A stretch of 59,234 nt of DNA, the filler included. It is 6 parts of 6 records of this genome, joined end to end, with 100 filler letters (N's around TTAATTAATTAA, not from the genome) between each part and the next. Parts side by side here need not be neighbours in the genome. Positions count along the whole stretch, not along the records: positions 1 to 19,480 come from SRR31156797_32955; 5 more parts are not named here. The stretch is one strand, 5' to 3'. Position numbers and translations under genes: made by a program. This document shows positions 1-10,720 of this stretch, piece by piece. Position 1 is the stretch's first letter. Every line of letters begins with the position of its first letter. The notes under the pieces were generated by a model. It saw nothing but the letters and a program-made list of their open reading frames with translations, did no database searches and was not told where the DNA came from.

Positions 1-306
1 TACCCACAGAGTAATGGAAAGATAGAGCGCAGGCATCATACACTTATAAGTGAATGTATTCACCCAGATGCTTTTCTCTCCTTTCTCAATCTAGTAATCA
101 ACAAAGCCACTGGGTACGCCGCGCCAAAGGCAAAGTTAGGTGATAGGGATAACAGATATTGCTTGATCGAAAAACGAAGGTTTAACCAGCTCACGAAAAT
201 GGACGTAAAAGGCGAAAGCGTGCAAGTAGAATTGGAAGAAAAGAAGATTGATGATTACTTATTAACTTTAACTGATAATTTTTCCATTTCCTACTGAAGC
301 AAAACA
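1..306 (+). mobile_element. Degenerate 3' end of an IS (IS3/IS481-type integrase core) with a possible right end
   Basis: Frame 1 reads YPQSNGKIERRHHTLISECI...GYAAPKAKL, matching the rve-type 'PQSNGKIER..TLK.E' motif. The YN..R.HS segment is missing. TTTCCATTTCCTACTGAAGCAAAACA (281-306) ends in CA like an IS3-type terminus. Confidence 0.65.
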
Positions 307-462
307 ATTATCTTTGACATTACTCTAGTAAGCGGTACCATTTAATTAGGTGATGTGAGATTACTCTTCCTGTGAGAACACTGCAAAGACAAATAACAAC
401 TTTCCTGAGCTGTTTTATAAACCCTATGCTTCTAGACTGGCATTTATTCAATCAATCAGCAT

Positions 463-1350
463 ATGACAACACCAAGACTTGAACTGATCAAACAGCATAT
501 CGATTCATTTCCAACTCTTCCTGCAACGGTGACTAAGTTAATGGAAGTCACCAACGCCCCAGAAAGCTCAGCAGAAGATGTCATGATGGTAATCCTTCCT
601 GACCAATCCTTATGCCTCACTATTCTCAAGTTTGCCAACTCTGTTCTTTTCGGTCGCCCTCAAAAAGTTGATTCAATTAAGATGGCTGTTGCTGTCCTTG
701 GTTTCAATGAAGTACAGAGAATAGCTTTAACCAAAGCACTTATAAACTCGTTTGACAAGTTAGCTGGAAAGCACAAACTTTTTATTGATAGATACTGGAC
801 CCACTCCTTTGCATGTGGAATGGCAGCGCGTACCATTGCCAAGGACCTGAACCTTGCCCCCGACATTGCATTTATGGGAGGACTTATCCACGACATAGGA
901 AAGCTTATCATGCTGGAAACGTTTGGAGATGATTATGCAGCTGAACTTTGGATGAGCAAGTTCAGTGATGAGGAAATGCTGCATGATGAGCTTCAGATGT
1001 TTTCCTTCGCCCACAATCAGGTAGGTGCTCAGCTACTGAAGCAATGGCACTTCCCTGAATCCCTGGTTTCAGCAGTTGCCAATCACCATAATCCCAGCGA
1101 CGCAAGTAAGGACAAAGGCCTTGCAAATGTCATCCAACTTGCAGATATTGTAGCATTTTACTGCTGCAACCGAGAATCCCTTGGCAGTGAAGGTATTTTG
1201 CAGGTAATTCATCATTCACTGCCTAGCTTGCGCTCTCAATGGCAAGATTGCGGATTGCCTGTGACGAGCGCTGCGATAAACGAGTGGTTTGATTGGTTGT
1301 CTGATAATTTTGAGCAGGGTGATACCCTCAGAGAGAGCTTCTCTTCATGA
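463..1350 (+). CDS. HDOD domain signalling protein
   Basis: FPTLP, DQSL..ILKFANS, A+..LG, HS, GLIHDIGK, H..VG..L...W.FP and HH motifs of the HDOD family. Confidence 0.92.
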   Translation: MTTPRLELIKQHIDSFPTLPATVTKLMEVTNAPESSAEDVMMVILPDQSLCLTILKFANSVLFGRPQKVDSIKMAVAVLGFNEVQRIALTKALINSFDKLAGKHKLFIDRYWTHSFACGMAARTIAKDLNLAPDIAFMGGLIHDIGKLIMLETFGDDYAAELWMSKFSDEEMLHDELQMFSFAHNQVGAQLLKQWHFPESLVSAVANHHNPSDASKDKGLANVIQLADIVAFYCCNRESLGSEGILQVIHHSLPSLRSQWQDCGLPVTSAAINEWFDWLSDNFEQGDTLRESFSS

Positions 1351-1503
1351 GATGAGTGTTAGCAGATCACCTTCTTTCACCGTCAACCCTACCGGTGATA
1401 CGGTATTACTACTCTGCCTATGTTATTTCCGTTATCGTAAAAAAATTTCTGTTCGTGCTGCCGCAGTTTTGACTGTATCTTTCCAGGCAGCTTGAGGGCA
1501 ATT

Positions 1504-3818
1504 GTGGAAAATATCACAAAAGCAATAATAAATAGAGAACAGACACGCCTACTCTATGCCAACTCAACAGCACCAATAACTATATCCATAGTCGCAGGAG
1601 CATTGTTGTGCTGGTCGCTTCAAACTGCCATTGATGAAACCGTTTTATTTACCTGGTTCATTGTGTTCGCAACTATTTCTGTTGCCAGACTTTATTTGGT
1701 TTTCTTGTTCAAATACAGGTCCGAAGCGTATAGAGATAAAGAGTGTTGGTATACACGCTTTCTGGTCTGCACCTACGCAATATCAGCGGTATGGGGATCT
1801 GCTTCCTTTTTGTTGTTTCCTGAGCACAGCCTTACTCATCAGCTCTTTTTTTTCCTCATCTTATTAGGAGTATCTTCCTGTGCTATTTCTTCACTCTGCC
1901 CGAGTTTACCCGTTGTAGCAGGCTTTATATCACTACTTCTTGTTCGTTAATCGTAAAGTTATTGGCTATTGGCCATTCCGAAGAGTTATTCATCGCCTTT
2001 CTGGTACTTCTTTTTTGGGTCGTCTCCCTTATTGGTGCTGTCAAGGTGAATGGCAGCATTCGTGAAAATATCCAGTTACATCTTCAAAGTGTCAGTCGCG
2101 AGAAAACCCTTAAAGTCAGTGAAGAACGACTCCGTCATATCTTCAATAATGTCCCATTGGGCATTCTTCATTATGATTCCAAAGGAGTAGTGATTGATTG
2201 CAACGAAGAGCTTGTGAACATTCTACATTCCTCAAAAGAATTCCTTATTGGATTGAATGTCCCTGCAAAGCTTGAAAATCCAGCCCTTCTATCTGCCATA
2301 ACAGATTCACTTACAATCGGTGAAGGCTACTATGAGGGTGATTACACCTCAGTTACAACCAATACAAACACGCCTATACGAGCTTTTTTCAAAGCAATAA
2401 GATCTATGGAAAATATCATTGTTGGAGGCGTGGGTATTGTAGAAGACTTTACAGAGAAAAGACATTCAGAGCAATTGATTCAATACCATGCCTCTTATGA
2501 CCACTTGACAACGCTTCCAAATCGCCGCCTGCTGCTTGAGCGCCTCAGGAGCGAAATGGCTCGAGCAATGAGGCGAGGACATTATGGTGCTTTACTGTTC
2601 ATTGATTTGGATCATTTTAAGACCATCAATGATTCACTTGGGCATTCGGTGGGTGATGAAGTGCTTAAAGTCGTTGCAGGACGTATTACGGAATCAATTA
2701 GGGGGGAAGATACCGCTTCCAGAATGGGTGGGGATGAATTTGTTATCATTCTTCCAGACCTTGATACGGCTATAGGCCTTGCATCGTACAAGGCCAGGGG
2801 GGTTGCAGAAAAGATTCGGCTCTGTCTTTCTGCCCCTTACCAAATAGAAGGAAGAAATTTACACATTACCCCTAGTATCGGAGTGTCAATTTTTCCGGCA
2901 GAGGAAACAGAAATAGATGACATCCTTAAACGGGCAGATTCTGCAATGTACCGTGCAAAGGCTGCTGGTCGAAATGAAATCCGCTTTTTTCTACTCCGTA
3001 TGCAGGAAGCAGCAGACGAACGATTACAGCTTAACACCGAATTAAGAACAGCTCTTGCAGAGGAACAATTTTCCCTTTGTTACCAGCCACAAGTAGATCT
3101 CACAGGAGAACTTACCGGAGCAGAAGCCCTGTTGCGCTGGTATCATCCAGAAAAAGGCATTGTTCCCCCAGGGACTTTTATCGAGATAGCAGAGGAAACC
3201 GGACTTATGTCAAGCATTGGTCAATGGGTTTTGCAAAAGGCCTGCCAACAAATTAAAAGCTGGACAGATGAGCAACTACTCGAAGAATCACAGATTATCT
3301 CTATCAACATCAGCGGTAAGGAAATTGCGGCACCTGATTATGTTGAAATGGTAGCTGGTATTTTAAGAAAGACTGGAGCTAATCCTAAGAATCTGGGGAT
3401 TGAGCTCACCGAAAGCTGTCTAGTTTCCACCGATGAAGACATTGTTAAAAAAATAAAAACCTTGAGAGGGATGGGGATAAAATTTTCTGTGGATGATTTC
3501 GGCACTGGATATTCATCGTTGAGCTATTTAAAAAGTCTGCCGCTACATACTCTCAAGATAGATCGCTCTTTTGTAAATGACATCAAAGATGGCAATCATG
3601 ATGTTATATTAGTAGATACTATAATTTCGATGGCCCATAACCTGGGGCTAGAAGTTATTGCGGAGGGTGTGGAAACGGAGCAAGAACTTTTTTATCTCGA
3701 CACAAGAGGGTGTAAGGTTTATCAGGGGTTTTATTTTAGTAAACCTGTTTCAGTACCAACCTTTACTACTATGCTAAAATCCAGAAGTTGTAACATCCGT
3801 ACTGCAATGGATTCATGA
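1504..3818 (+). pseudogene. Membrane-bound PAS-GGDEF-EAL diguanylate cyclase/phosphodiesterase, split by a 1-nt frameshift near 1945
   Basis: ORF 1492-1950 is a multi-TM sensor (likely GTG start at 1504). ORF 1962-3818 carries TM, PAS, GGDEF (RMGGDEF) and EAL (EALLRW, DDFGTGYSS, AEGVE). Adding one base at GTTC^GTTA fuses them as ...LLV(P)LIVKLLAIGH. Confidence 0.85.
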
Positions 3819-3939
3819 AATCATAATAAATTGATCGAGACTACAGCCCATTTCAGAGTACTTTGAAAAAAGCCTGACATCTTTATTAGGCGGCTATCAG
3901 GTTTTGATTTGATATGCGAAAATGGTCTTTTTATCAATT

Positions 3940-4827
3940 CTATGCTTGCAATTCTGCTGGCACTATACGGATCTCACAAAATTCATCCATAATATGCTTA
4001 ACCAAATTGGACTGGACACTATCCTCATGAAATTTTGATTGATATAAACAGATCATAGCTGAAGGAAGTGCAGGTAACTTTTGTTGCGGAATCATGCGTA
4101 AATCGGAAATAAATGTACTCGAACCGATTGGTGCCACCGCAAGTCCGGATTTTACTGCTGCAAGAATGCCTGAGATGCTTGGGCTGGAATAAGCAACTCT
4201 GTAATTAATATTATTTTTTTCTAATGCCTCGACAGCCCATAGTCGGAGCATGCAGCCCTCGTTAAAAACCGCTATTGGCACTGGCGATTCGCTTTCTGGC
4301 CTTGCATCTTTAGGTCCGACCCATATCACGGGTTCCTTTCTTAAAAATTTTGTATTGGGCTTAATTGTCCTGGTATTTCTCAAGCAAAGCTCAATTTTTC
4401 CTTGCTCCAACCTCTTTAGAAGTTCATCAGATCTGTCACAATATATATCCACTTTGACTAATGGGTATTTCTCTGCGAATCTTTTCAGTATTCCCGGTAA
4501 ATACAAGGCCGCATATTCTTCAGTCGCTCCAAAACGAATCCGACCTTCCATACTGGACTCTTTAAATGACATTAAAGCTTCATTGTGCAGTCTTAAAAGT
4601 TGGTTAGCATATTTTAATAGAGACTTTCCATGCCTTGTTAATTTGACACCATGGGGAACACGTTCAAAAAGGGACTTTCCTAAATTTTCCTCTAATTTAC
4701 GTATCTGATGACTTACCGCTGACTGCGTGAGGTTAACCTTTTGTGCTGCTTGGGTGAAATTTCGAGTTTGAGCTGCTGCTGCAAAGGTTCTCAGTATATC
4801 CGGTGCTAAATCCATAACATTTACCAT
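3940..4827 (-). CDS. LysR-family transcriptional regulator
   Basis: N-terminal HTH (FTQAAQKVNLTQSAVSHQIRKLEE.LG..LF.R) plus substrate-binding domain. Divergent from the oxidoreductase. The start may be 4815. Confidence 0.95.
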   Translation of the reverse strand: MVNVMDLAPDILRTFAAAAQTRNFTQAAQKVNLTQSAVSHQIRKLEENLGKSLFERVPHGVKLTRHGKSLLKYANQLLRLHNEALMSFKESSMEGRIRFGATEEYAALYLPGILKRFAEKYPLVKVDIYCDRSDELLKRLEQGKIELCLRNTRTIKPNTKFLRKEPVIWVGPKDARPESESPVPIAVFNEGCMLRLWAVEALEKNNINYRVAYSSPSISGILAAVKSGLAVAPIGSSTFISDLRMIPQQKLPALPSAMICLYQSKFHEDSVQSNLVKHIMDEFCEIRIVPAELQA

Positions 4828-4956
4828 TATTTTTTTTAATATCTGGAATGATAGCTATTTGATTGAATAATGTCAAAGAAATGGTCATTATAACTAAAAG
4901 AGATTGGCATTATAACTATGCAAATGAATACTATTTTAGTAATTTAGGAGACACTT

Positions 4957-6174
4957 ATGCTTGAAGGTTTAAATCCAGCAAATGTTCTAGGAACCCCACT
5001 TGAACTGCCTTGTGGTGTCATCCTAAAAAATCGATTTGTAAAGGCACCAATGTCAGATTCCCTCGGAAACGGAGAGGGTGACCCTACTGAAAGCCAAATC
5101 CGACTTTATGAGAAATGGGCAGAAGGTGGTACTGCATTATCTATCATCGGTGAAGTACAGGGCGATTTTCGTTTTCCAGAAAAGCCGGGCAATCTTGTGC
5201 TTGGATTGAATACGAATCAAAAAGCACTGCAATCACTATCTAAAAAAGCTACGATTGAGGGCGCCCATCTATGGCCGCAACTCGGTCATACCGGTGCTCT
5301 CTCACATTTACCAATTAGTCAACCTAAAGGGCCTTCAACTCTTGCTATCGGCGATTTCAGATCTGCGGGTATGTCTATTGAAGAGGTTGAAACATTACCA
5401 CACCTGTATGCAAGAACTGCAGAACAAGCAAAGGCCGCAGGGTTTGGTGGTCTTCAGATTCATGCTGCTCACGGTTTCTTGCTCAGTCAATTCCTTTCTC
5501 CGTTGTTTAACCGTCGTAGTGATGGTTACGGCGGTTCAGTTGAAGCACGATGTCGCATTGTGATCGAAGTGGTTAACGAGGTCCGGCGGGCAGTTGGTCC
5601 AACGTTTCCAATTGGGATTAAGATTAACTCGACCGACAAGCTGGAAGGTGGACTGACACAGAATGATGCCTTAGAAATAGTACGTCTTCTCGATCAAACT
5701 TCGATAGATTTGATTGATATCAGCGGCGGCACATATTTTCCAGGAGCAAAGGCAAGTTCCGATGGTACAAGTTCAGGGCCATACTTTCTTGATTTTGCAC
5801 GAAAGGCAAAAAAAATAACTAATGTACCGCTGGTGGTAACCGGAGGAATCAAAAAGCGTGAGCAGGCAGTTAATGCAGTTCAAAGTGGTGCTGCTGATAT
5901 GGTGGGGATAGCACGGGCGATGGTACTCAATCCTCGACTCCCTGAGATCTGGCTGACAAAAGACGGTGGAAACCCTGATTTCCCAAGATTCGAATCTGCA
6001 CCTCCAGGTGGGATAACAGCTTGGTACACCATGCGGCTAACAGCTTTGGCCGAGGATCGGGAGAATGAATTCGCACTCGACCTTCCATCGGCGCTCCGTA
6101 CTTATAACGAACGTGATGCAAAACGGTGCCTCAAATGGCAAAAGAAGTTTTCTCTCCTGTCTACAAAAAGCTAA
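4957..6174 (+). CDS. NADH:flavin oxidoreductase / Old Yellow Enzyme family
   Basis: LKNRFVKAPMS, QIHAAHGFLLSQFLSP..N.R.D.YGGS.E.R, ISGGTY. Confidence 0.93.
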   Translation: MLEGLNPANVLGTPLELPCGVILKNRFVKAPMSDSLGNGEGDPTESQIRLYEKWAEGGTALSIIGEVQGDFRFPEKPGNLVLGLNTNQKALQSLSKKATIEGAHLWPQLGHTGALSHLPISQPKGPSTLAIGDFRSAGMSIEEVETLPHLYARTAEQAKAAGFGGLQIHAAHGFLLSQFLSPLFNRRSDGYGGSVEARCRIVIEVVNEVRRAVGPTFPIGIKINSTDKLEGGLTQNDALEIVRLLDQTSIDLIDISGGTYFPGAKASSDGTSSGPYFLDFARKAKKITNVPLVVTGGIKKREQAVNAVQSGAADMVGIARAMVLNPRLPEIWLTKDGGNPDFPRFESAPPGGITAWYTMRLTALAEDRENEFALDLPSALRTYNERDAKRCLKWQKKFSLLSTKS

Positions 6175-6220
6175 TAACTGATAAAAAACATCAGGTGTAA
6201 TTAAACGCCGCAAAATATGA

Positions 6221-6247
6221 GTATCAGATCGAGTCTCGACCTGATAC
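6221..6247. terminator. Hairpin between the convergent oxidoreductase and ppk1 genes
   Basis: GTATCAGATCGAG-T-CTCGACCTGATAC inverted repeat, with no strong U-tract. Confidence 0.4.
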
Positions 6248-6310
6248 ATACGGGAGTGTCACTATTTACTGTTCTATCTCTGCTAGACAACGGGTAACCA
6301 CATCGTCCAG

Positions 6311-8530
6311 CTAAAGGTTTTTTCGTTTGGCGATTTTTTTCCTATATTTTTGTTTTTTAAATTGCCGTTTGGCCTCAGCCAGCCGCTTGGCGCTTTTTTG
6401 GATACACTGTTCCTGGGAAGAAGCATTTTTGCTCCGTAAAGGCGGTATTCTTTGGATGTATGTACCATCAGGCTGCATATCCCAGGCGCCGCGTTTGTCG
6501 GCAAGCTGCAGATCTATGATTTCACGAAGCTGTCTGCACAGTGCAGGTGTCTCTACAGGGGTGATAACCTCCACTCTTCGTTCCAGGTTGCGTTTCATCA
6601 GGTCAGCCGAGCCAATGAAATATTTTTCATTTCCCTTATGTTTAAAGTAGTAGATGCGAGTGTGTTCTAAAAAGCGCCCGACAATAGAGACCACCTTAAT
6701 ATTATCGGATAATTTGGGAATGCCTGGTTTAAGCAGACAGGAGTCACGCACCAGCAGATCGATTTTCACACCAGCCTGAGAAGCCTGATACAGAGCCTTA
6801 ACAATGTCGGAATCGGTGAGCGCATTGGTCTTAAACTGAATCAAACCTGGGTTCTTATCGGAATGGAGCTGTATTTCCTGATGGATATACTCCAGCAGTT
6901 TTGTTTTCAATACCTTGGGCGACGGTAAGATTTTAGTGTAGTTGCGCAGAGGCGCATATCCCATGGTTAGGTAGTTGAACAATTCGGTCAGGTCGTTACC
7001 TATATCCGAATCACAGGTCAGCAGTCCCAGGTCGCTGTATAACCTGGCTGTTCCTGCGTGATAATTGCCGGTCCCTATATGGGCGTATCGTTTAATCCCT
7101 GTATAATCCTGGCGCACGACAAAAATAACCTTGGAATGTGTTTTCAGACCAACGACGCCATAGGTAACATGTATGCCGGCCTTTTCCAGAAACGTTGCCC
7201 AGCGAATATTTGCTGATTCGTCAAACCTGGCCATAAGCTCGACCACCACAGCGACCTGTTTGCCGTTGTGAGCTGCATCCAGCAGGTATTTAATAATCCG
7301 TGAATCTGCAGAGGTTCGATACAGCGTCATCTTGATTGCCAGGACTTTGGGGTCAGTACTCGCCTCTTTTAAAAAACGTTCCACAGAAGAACTAAACGAC
7401 TCATAGGGGTGCTGGAGCAAAAAAGGCCCTTCTTCCCGTATAAGGTGGAAGATGTTGGGTGAATCTCCGGCAAGGCGAAAATGATCCAAAGGCAGGTGGG
7501 ACGGGAAGTGTAAAGGGGGCTTATCAATCCCCCCTATCTGGAACATATCCCGTTTGTCCATGATGCCGTCGACCTCAAACACGTCTTTACGGGAATCGAT
7601 GCCAAGCTCAGCAGCAAGCATACCCCGATGCTGCTTGGTCATATTACAGCTGACCTCAAGGCGAACAATTTCGGCAAATTTCCTGTCCTGCAGTGCAGAT
7701 TCAATCATGGACAGCAAGTCAGTCGCCAAATCTAGCGTATTTTCAGTGATGGCGTTTCTGGTTACCCGAAAAAATTCACATGTTTCAATTATCATTCCTG
7801 GAAAAATCGTTTCCAGATTGTTGGCTACCAGGTCTTCAAATCGCACATACACATGGGTCCCTTCACCAACCTCTATAAATCGGGGGATACCTGCTTCGGT
7901 GGGTATCTTTATTCGGTTGAGGTAGATGTGGTCATCGTTTAGGTGATGGGTCGCAACCAGTAAGTTGAGCGAAAGGTTGGAAATAAAGGGAAAGGGATGG
8001 GCAGGGTCCATGCCCTGGGGAGTAAGGAGCGGATAGATACTTTCAATAAAATACGTGTCCAGCTTGCTGCGCTGTTCTCTTTCCAGGCTTTTGTATTCGA
8101 TAATATGAATACTTTCCTTGGCAAGTAACAGCAGGAGCTCGGTCTCCAGTTCCTGTTGTTGGTGGAGAATGTCCCTGACAACCGCATAGGATTCGTCTAT
8201 CTGCTGCTGAGGAGTTTTACCGTCATCTGAAAGTTGCTTCAACTCTGCACCGACCAGCTGCTTGAGGCCGCCGATCCGCTTCATGAAGAATTCGTCAAAG
8301 TTATTACTGATAATGGCTAGGAAATTTACCCGCTCGAGCAAAGGGTTTCGCTCATCCTGGCCTTCATGCAGCACCCGCCTGTTAAATTCCAGCCATGTTA
8401 GCTCACGGTTCAGAAACCACTGGCTACTGTTAAGATCAAATGCAGCTACTTCTTTTTGCGTTGTTTTGGTTTTTTTATCGATAGTTTTTTCTAGTTTGGC
8501 AGGTAATAACTTGGGATCGTTGGCAGCCAT
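6311..8530 (-). CDS. ppk1: Polyphosphate kinase 1
   Basis: NRELTWLEFNRRVL, DPAHPFPF, IKMTLYR, ELMARFDE, KTHSK, GTGNY, RFLEH, SADLM.RNL.RRVE. Confidence 0.97.
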   Translation of the reverse strand: MAANDPKLLPAKLEKTIDKKTKTTQKEVAAFDLNSSQWFLNRELTWLEFNRRVLHEGQDERNPLLERVNFLAIISNNFDEFFMKRIGGLKQLVGAELKQLSDDGKTPQQQIDESYAVVRDILHQQQELETELLLLLAKESIHIIEYKSLEREQRSKLDTYFIESIYPLLTPQGMDPAHPFPFISNLSLNLLVATHHLNDDHIYLNRIKIPTEAGIPRFIEVGEGTHVYVRFEDLVANNLETIFPGMIIETCEFFRVTRNAITENTLDLATDLLSMIESALQDRKFAEIVRLEVSCNMTKQHRGMLAAELGIDSRKDVFEVDGIMDKRDMFQIGGIDKPPLHFPSHLPLDHFRLAGDSPNIFHLIREEGPFLLQHPYESFSSSVERFLKEASTDPKVLAIKMTLYRTSADSRIIKYLLDAAHNGKQVAVVVELMARFDESANIRWATFLEKAGIHVTYGVVGLKTHSKVIFVVRQDYTGIKRYAHIGTGNYHAGTARLYSDLGLLTCDSDIGNDLTELFNYLTMGYAPLRNYTKILPSPKVLKTKLLEYIHQEIQLHSDKNPGLIQFKTNALTDSDIVKALYQASQAGVKIDLLVRDSCLLKPGIPKLSDNIKVVSIVGRFLEHTRIYYFKHKGNEKYFIGSADLMKRNLERRVEVITPVETPALCRQLREIIDLQLADKRGAWDMQPDGTYIQRIPPLRSKNASSQEQCIQKSAKRLAEAKRQFKKQKYRKKIAKRKNL

Positions 8531-8594
8531 TATTACTCCTCAAGTTCGTATTAATACAAACCGTTCAGTATTTATCAATCGAGGGCCGAAAGTA

Positions 8595-9179
8595 TTATTT
8601 GCCTCCTTCCTTTTCATATCCCGGTGGAAAATGGTTGAGTATGTCTGCTACATAGGTATCAATATTTTGCTGCATCTTTTCCTGGTTTTTGTACTCCTTG
8701 ACCAGTCCAGTGCCTGCACCCCGCCAGATAAGTTCATTATCCCTGGCTGCAAAGATATCTATGATAAGGGTTCCTTCGGTATAATAATTCACATCAATTC
8801 GGTTACCGTAAGGGCCGTTTCCCAACCACTGACGATTATACATGGGCGAGCCATAGTAGCCTCCTGTTCCAGCCCAGTTGGTTACTTGCATCTTTTCCTG
8901 CATACCAGCATGGACAACAATGTGGACATCAGGTTCAACATTAGCTGCTTTACTGTATCCTCTCTCAGATAGGTACTTTTCTACAGATGCAACTACTCTT
9001 TTTTTCAATAGTGGATTAGCCTCAAGCGCATCGTCCTTCACATTGGCCTGCCGCCAACCAAAGGTCTTGATTGCTGCAAAGTCAGCCTCTTGGTCATAGT
9101 CATAATTAACGTTAATGGTACTGCAGCCGACCATTGCCAAGGTAATTATAAGCAAAAAGAAAATGTTTTGCGGTTTCAT
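8595..9179 (-). CDS. DUF4136 family lipoprotein
   Basis: Lipobox MVGC followed by S..V.YDYD...DF, and YTEGTLIIDI.......LIWRG. Confidence 0.85.
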   Translation of the reverse strand: MKPQNIFFLLIITLAMVGCSTINVNYDYDQEADFAAIKTFGWRQANVKDDALEANPLLKKRVVASVEKYLSERGYSKAANVEPDVHIVVHAGMQEKMQVTNWAGTGGYYGSPMYNRQWLGNGPYGNRIDVNYYTEGTLIIDIFAARDNELIWRGAGTGLVKEYKNQEKMQQNIDTYVADILNHFPPGYEKEGGK

Positions 9180-9295
9180 AGGCGTTCTCCCATAGTGGCA
9201 CTACTTGACAGTTATTTTTTACTTATTGTACTCCGTGCTTCGTGTAAATGGAAGGTACATTACCGAAATTATTAGGTGTTTAAAGTAATTCCGTA

Positions 9296-9496
9296 TCAGG
9301 TGTTGTCTGGTGCAGGTGATGCGTTTTCAGGCAAGACCTTTCCTTCTTCGTTTTCATCTTCAGGGAATATGTAGCCTAGACCGCAACAGGCGGGACATTC
9401 CTCATGGGTAATAAAAAATCGACTTTCACCTTGAAAAAACCCAATGTCACCTGTCCCGCCGCATGTTGCACATACTTCTTTTTTTCCTTGCACCAT
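9296..9496 (-). CDS. Small protein with two DnaJ-type CxxCxGxG zinc-finger motifs
   Basis: CATCGGTG and CPACCGLG, with an AGAGGG RBS upstream. Confidence 0.7.
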   Translation of the reverse strand: MVQGKKEVCATCGGTGDIGFFQGESRFFITHEECPACCGLGYIFPEDENEEGKVLPENASPAPDNT

Positions 9497-9554
9497 AGCT
9501 CGCCCTCTAAATTACGTTAATTTTTCTTGATAAATAGCGGCTATGGGAGTTTCT

Positions 9555-9595
9555 GCCTATCTTTTAGAATTGAACCTTCCTCTTAAAAGATAGGC
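9555..9595. repeat. Stem-loop downstream of folD (terminator or mRNA-stabilising hairpin)
   Basis: GCCTATCTTTTA...TAAAAGATAGGC, a 12-bp perfect inverted repeat. Confidence 0.5.
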
Positions 9596-9645
9596 GTTCA
9601 CTCCACGAGATTATCAAACTGCTATTTTTCAAGGTGGCCGTAAAA

Positions 9646-10530
9646 TTACGCACCAACTGTTTGTTTGGCAGCCTGCAGGGTATTTTTCATCAGCATCGTG
9701 ATGGTCATGGGGCCTACCCCTCCGGGGACCGGGGTGATTGCCGCGGCCTTTTCCTGAACCGATTCGAAATCGACATCACCAACCAGCAGAGCCTTGCCTT
9801 GAGCAGTCTCCCCTACCCTGTTGACTCCAACGTCAATCACCACAACCCCATCTTTTACGTCATCCCCAGAGATCATCTTGGCGACTCCTGCGGCAACGAT
9901 CAAAATGTCTGCTCTACGAGTATGAAAGGCCAGATCTTTAGTGCGGGTGTGACAAAGGGTGACGGTTGCATTACCGCTATCACGTTTTTGCAGCATCAAG
10001 TTGGCCACTGGTTTACCGACAATGTTTGAACGACCGACAATCACCACCTCTGCACCAGAGGTCTCGTAGCCGGATCGAGCGAGGAGCTCCAATATCCCGT
10101 GAGGGGTACAAGGAAGAAAGCACTGCTCGCCAAGTACCATCTTGCCTACATTGACAGGGTGGAAACCATCCACGTCTTTTTCTGGATCAATGGCAAACAA
10201 CACCTTGGCCTCATTGATGTGTTTTGGGAGTGGCAACTGGACCAGGATGCCATGGATTTGCGAGTCGTTGTTGTATTGATTAACGGTTCCAAGCAATTCA
10301 TCTTCCGGGGTGTCAGCAGGCAGGCTCACTTGTTTGGAATAGATTCCAAGCACTCCGGCTGTTTTATTTTTGGCTGCCACATAGGAGCGGGAAGCAGGAT
10401 CATCGCCCACTAGAATGGTTACCAGGCCGGGTACAATGTTATGGCTTTTTTGCAGGGCTGTAACCTCTTCCGCTATTTCTTGACGTATGGTTTTTGCTAT
10501 TTCTGAACCACGAATAATTTTTGCGCTCAT
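9646..10530 (-). CDS. folD: Methylenetetrahydrofolate dehydrogenase/cyclohydrolase
   Basis: GILVQLPLP, KDVDGFHP.N, PCTP.G, GRSNIVGKP, TPVPGGVGPMT. Confidence 0.98.
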   Translation of the reverse strand: MSAKIIRGSEIAKTIRQEIAEEVTALQKSHNIVPGLVTILVGDDPASRSYVAAKNKTAGVLGIYSKQVSLPADTPEDELLGTVNQYNNDSQIHGILVQLPLPKHINEAKVLFAIDPEKDVDGFHPVNVGKMVLGEQCFLPCTPHGILELLARSGYETSGAEVVIVGRSNIVGKPVANLMLQKRDSGNATVTLCHTRTKDLAFHTRRADILIVAAGVAKMISGDDVKDGVVVIDVGVNRVGETAQGKALLVGDVDFESVQEKAAAITPVPGGVGPMTITMLMKNTLQAAKQTVGA

Positions 10531-10720
10531 ATTTCTCTTGTTAGGTAAATAAGTATTTAAAGTGTGATGCCATTATTTATAAACTGCTCAGCTCCTGACC
10601 GCTGTAATATTTTCAACCTTTTTTGGTTGTTGCTTAGACTGGATTGGGCATTAGTTTATACAGTAAGAATCATAAACTTTTTGGGTGTAAATTATGATGA
10701 TTTAAAATTTGACTCAATGA

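Noticed and set aside
8262-8972. 236-aa plus-strand ORF
   Set aside because: Antisense to ppk1 and the DUF4136 gene.
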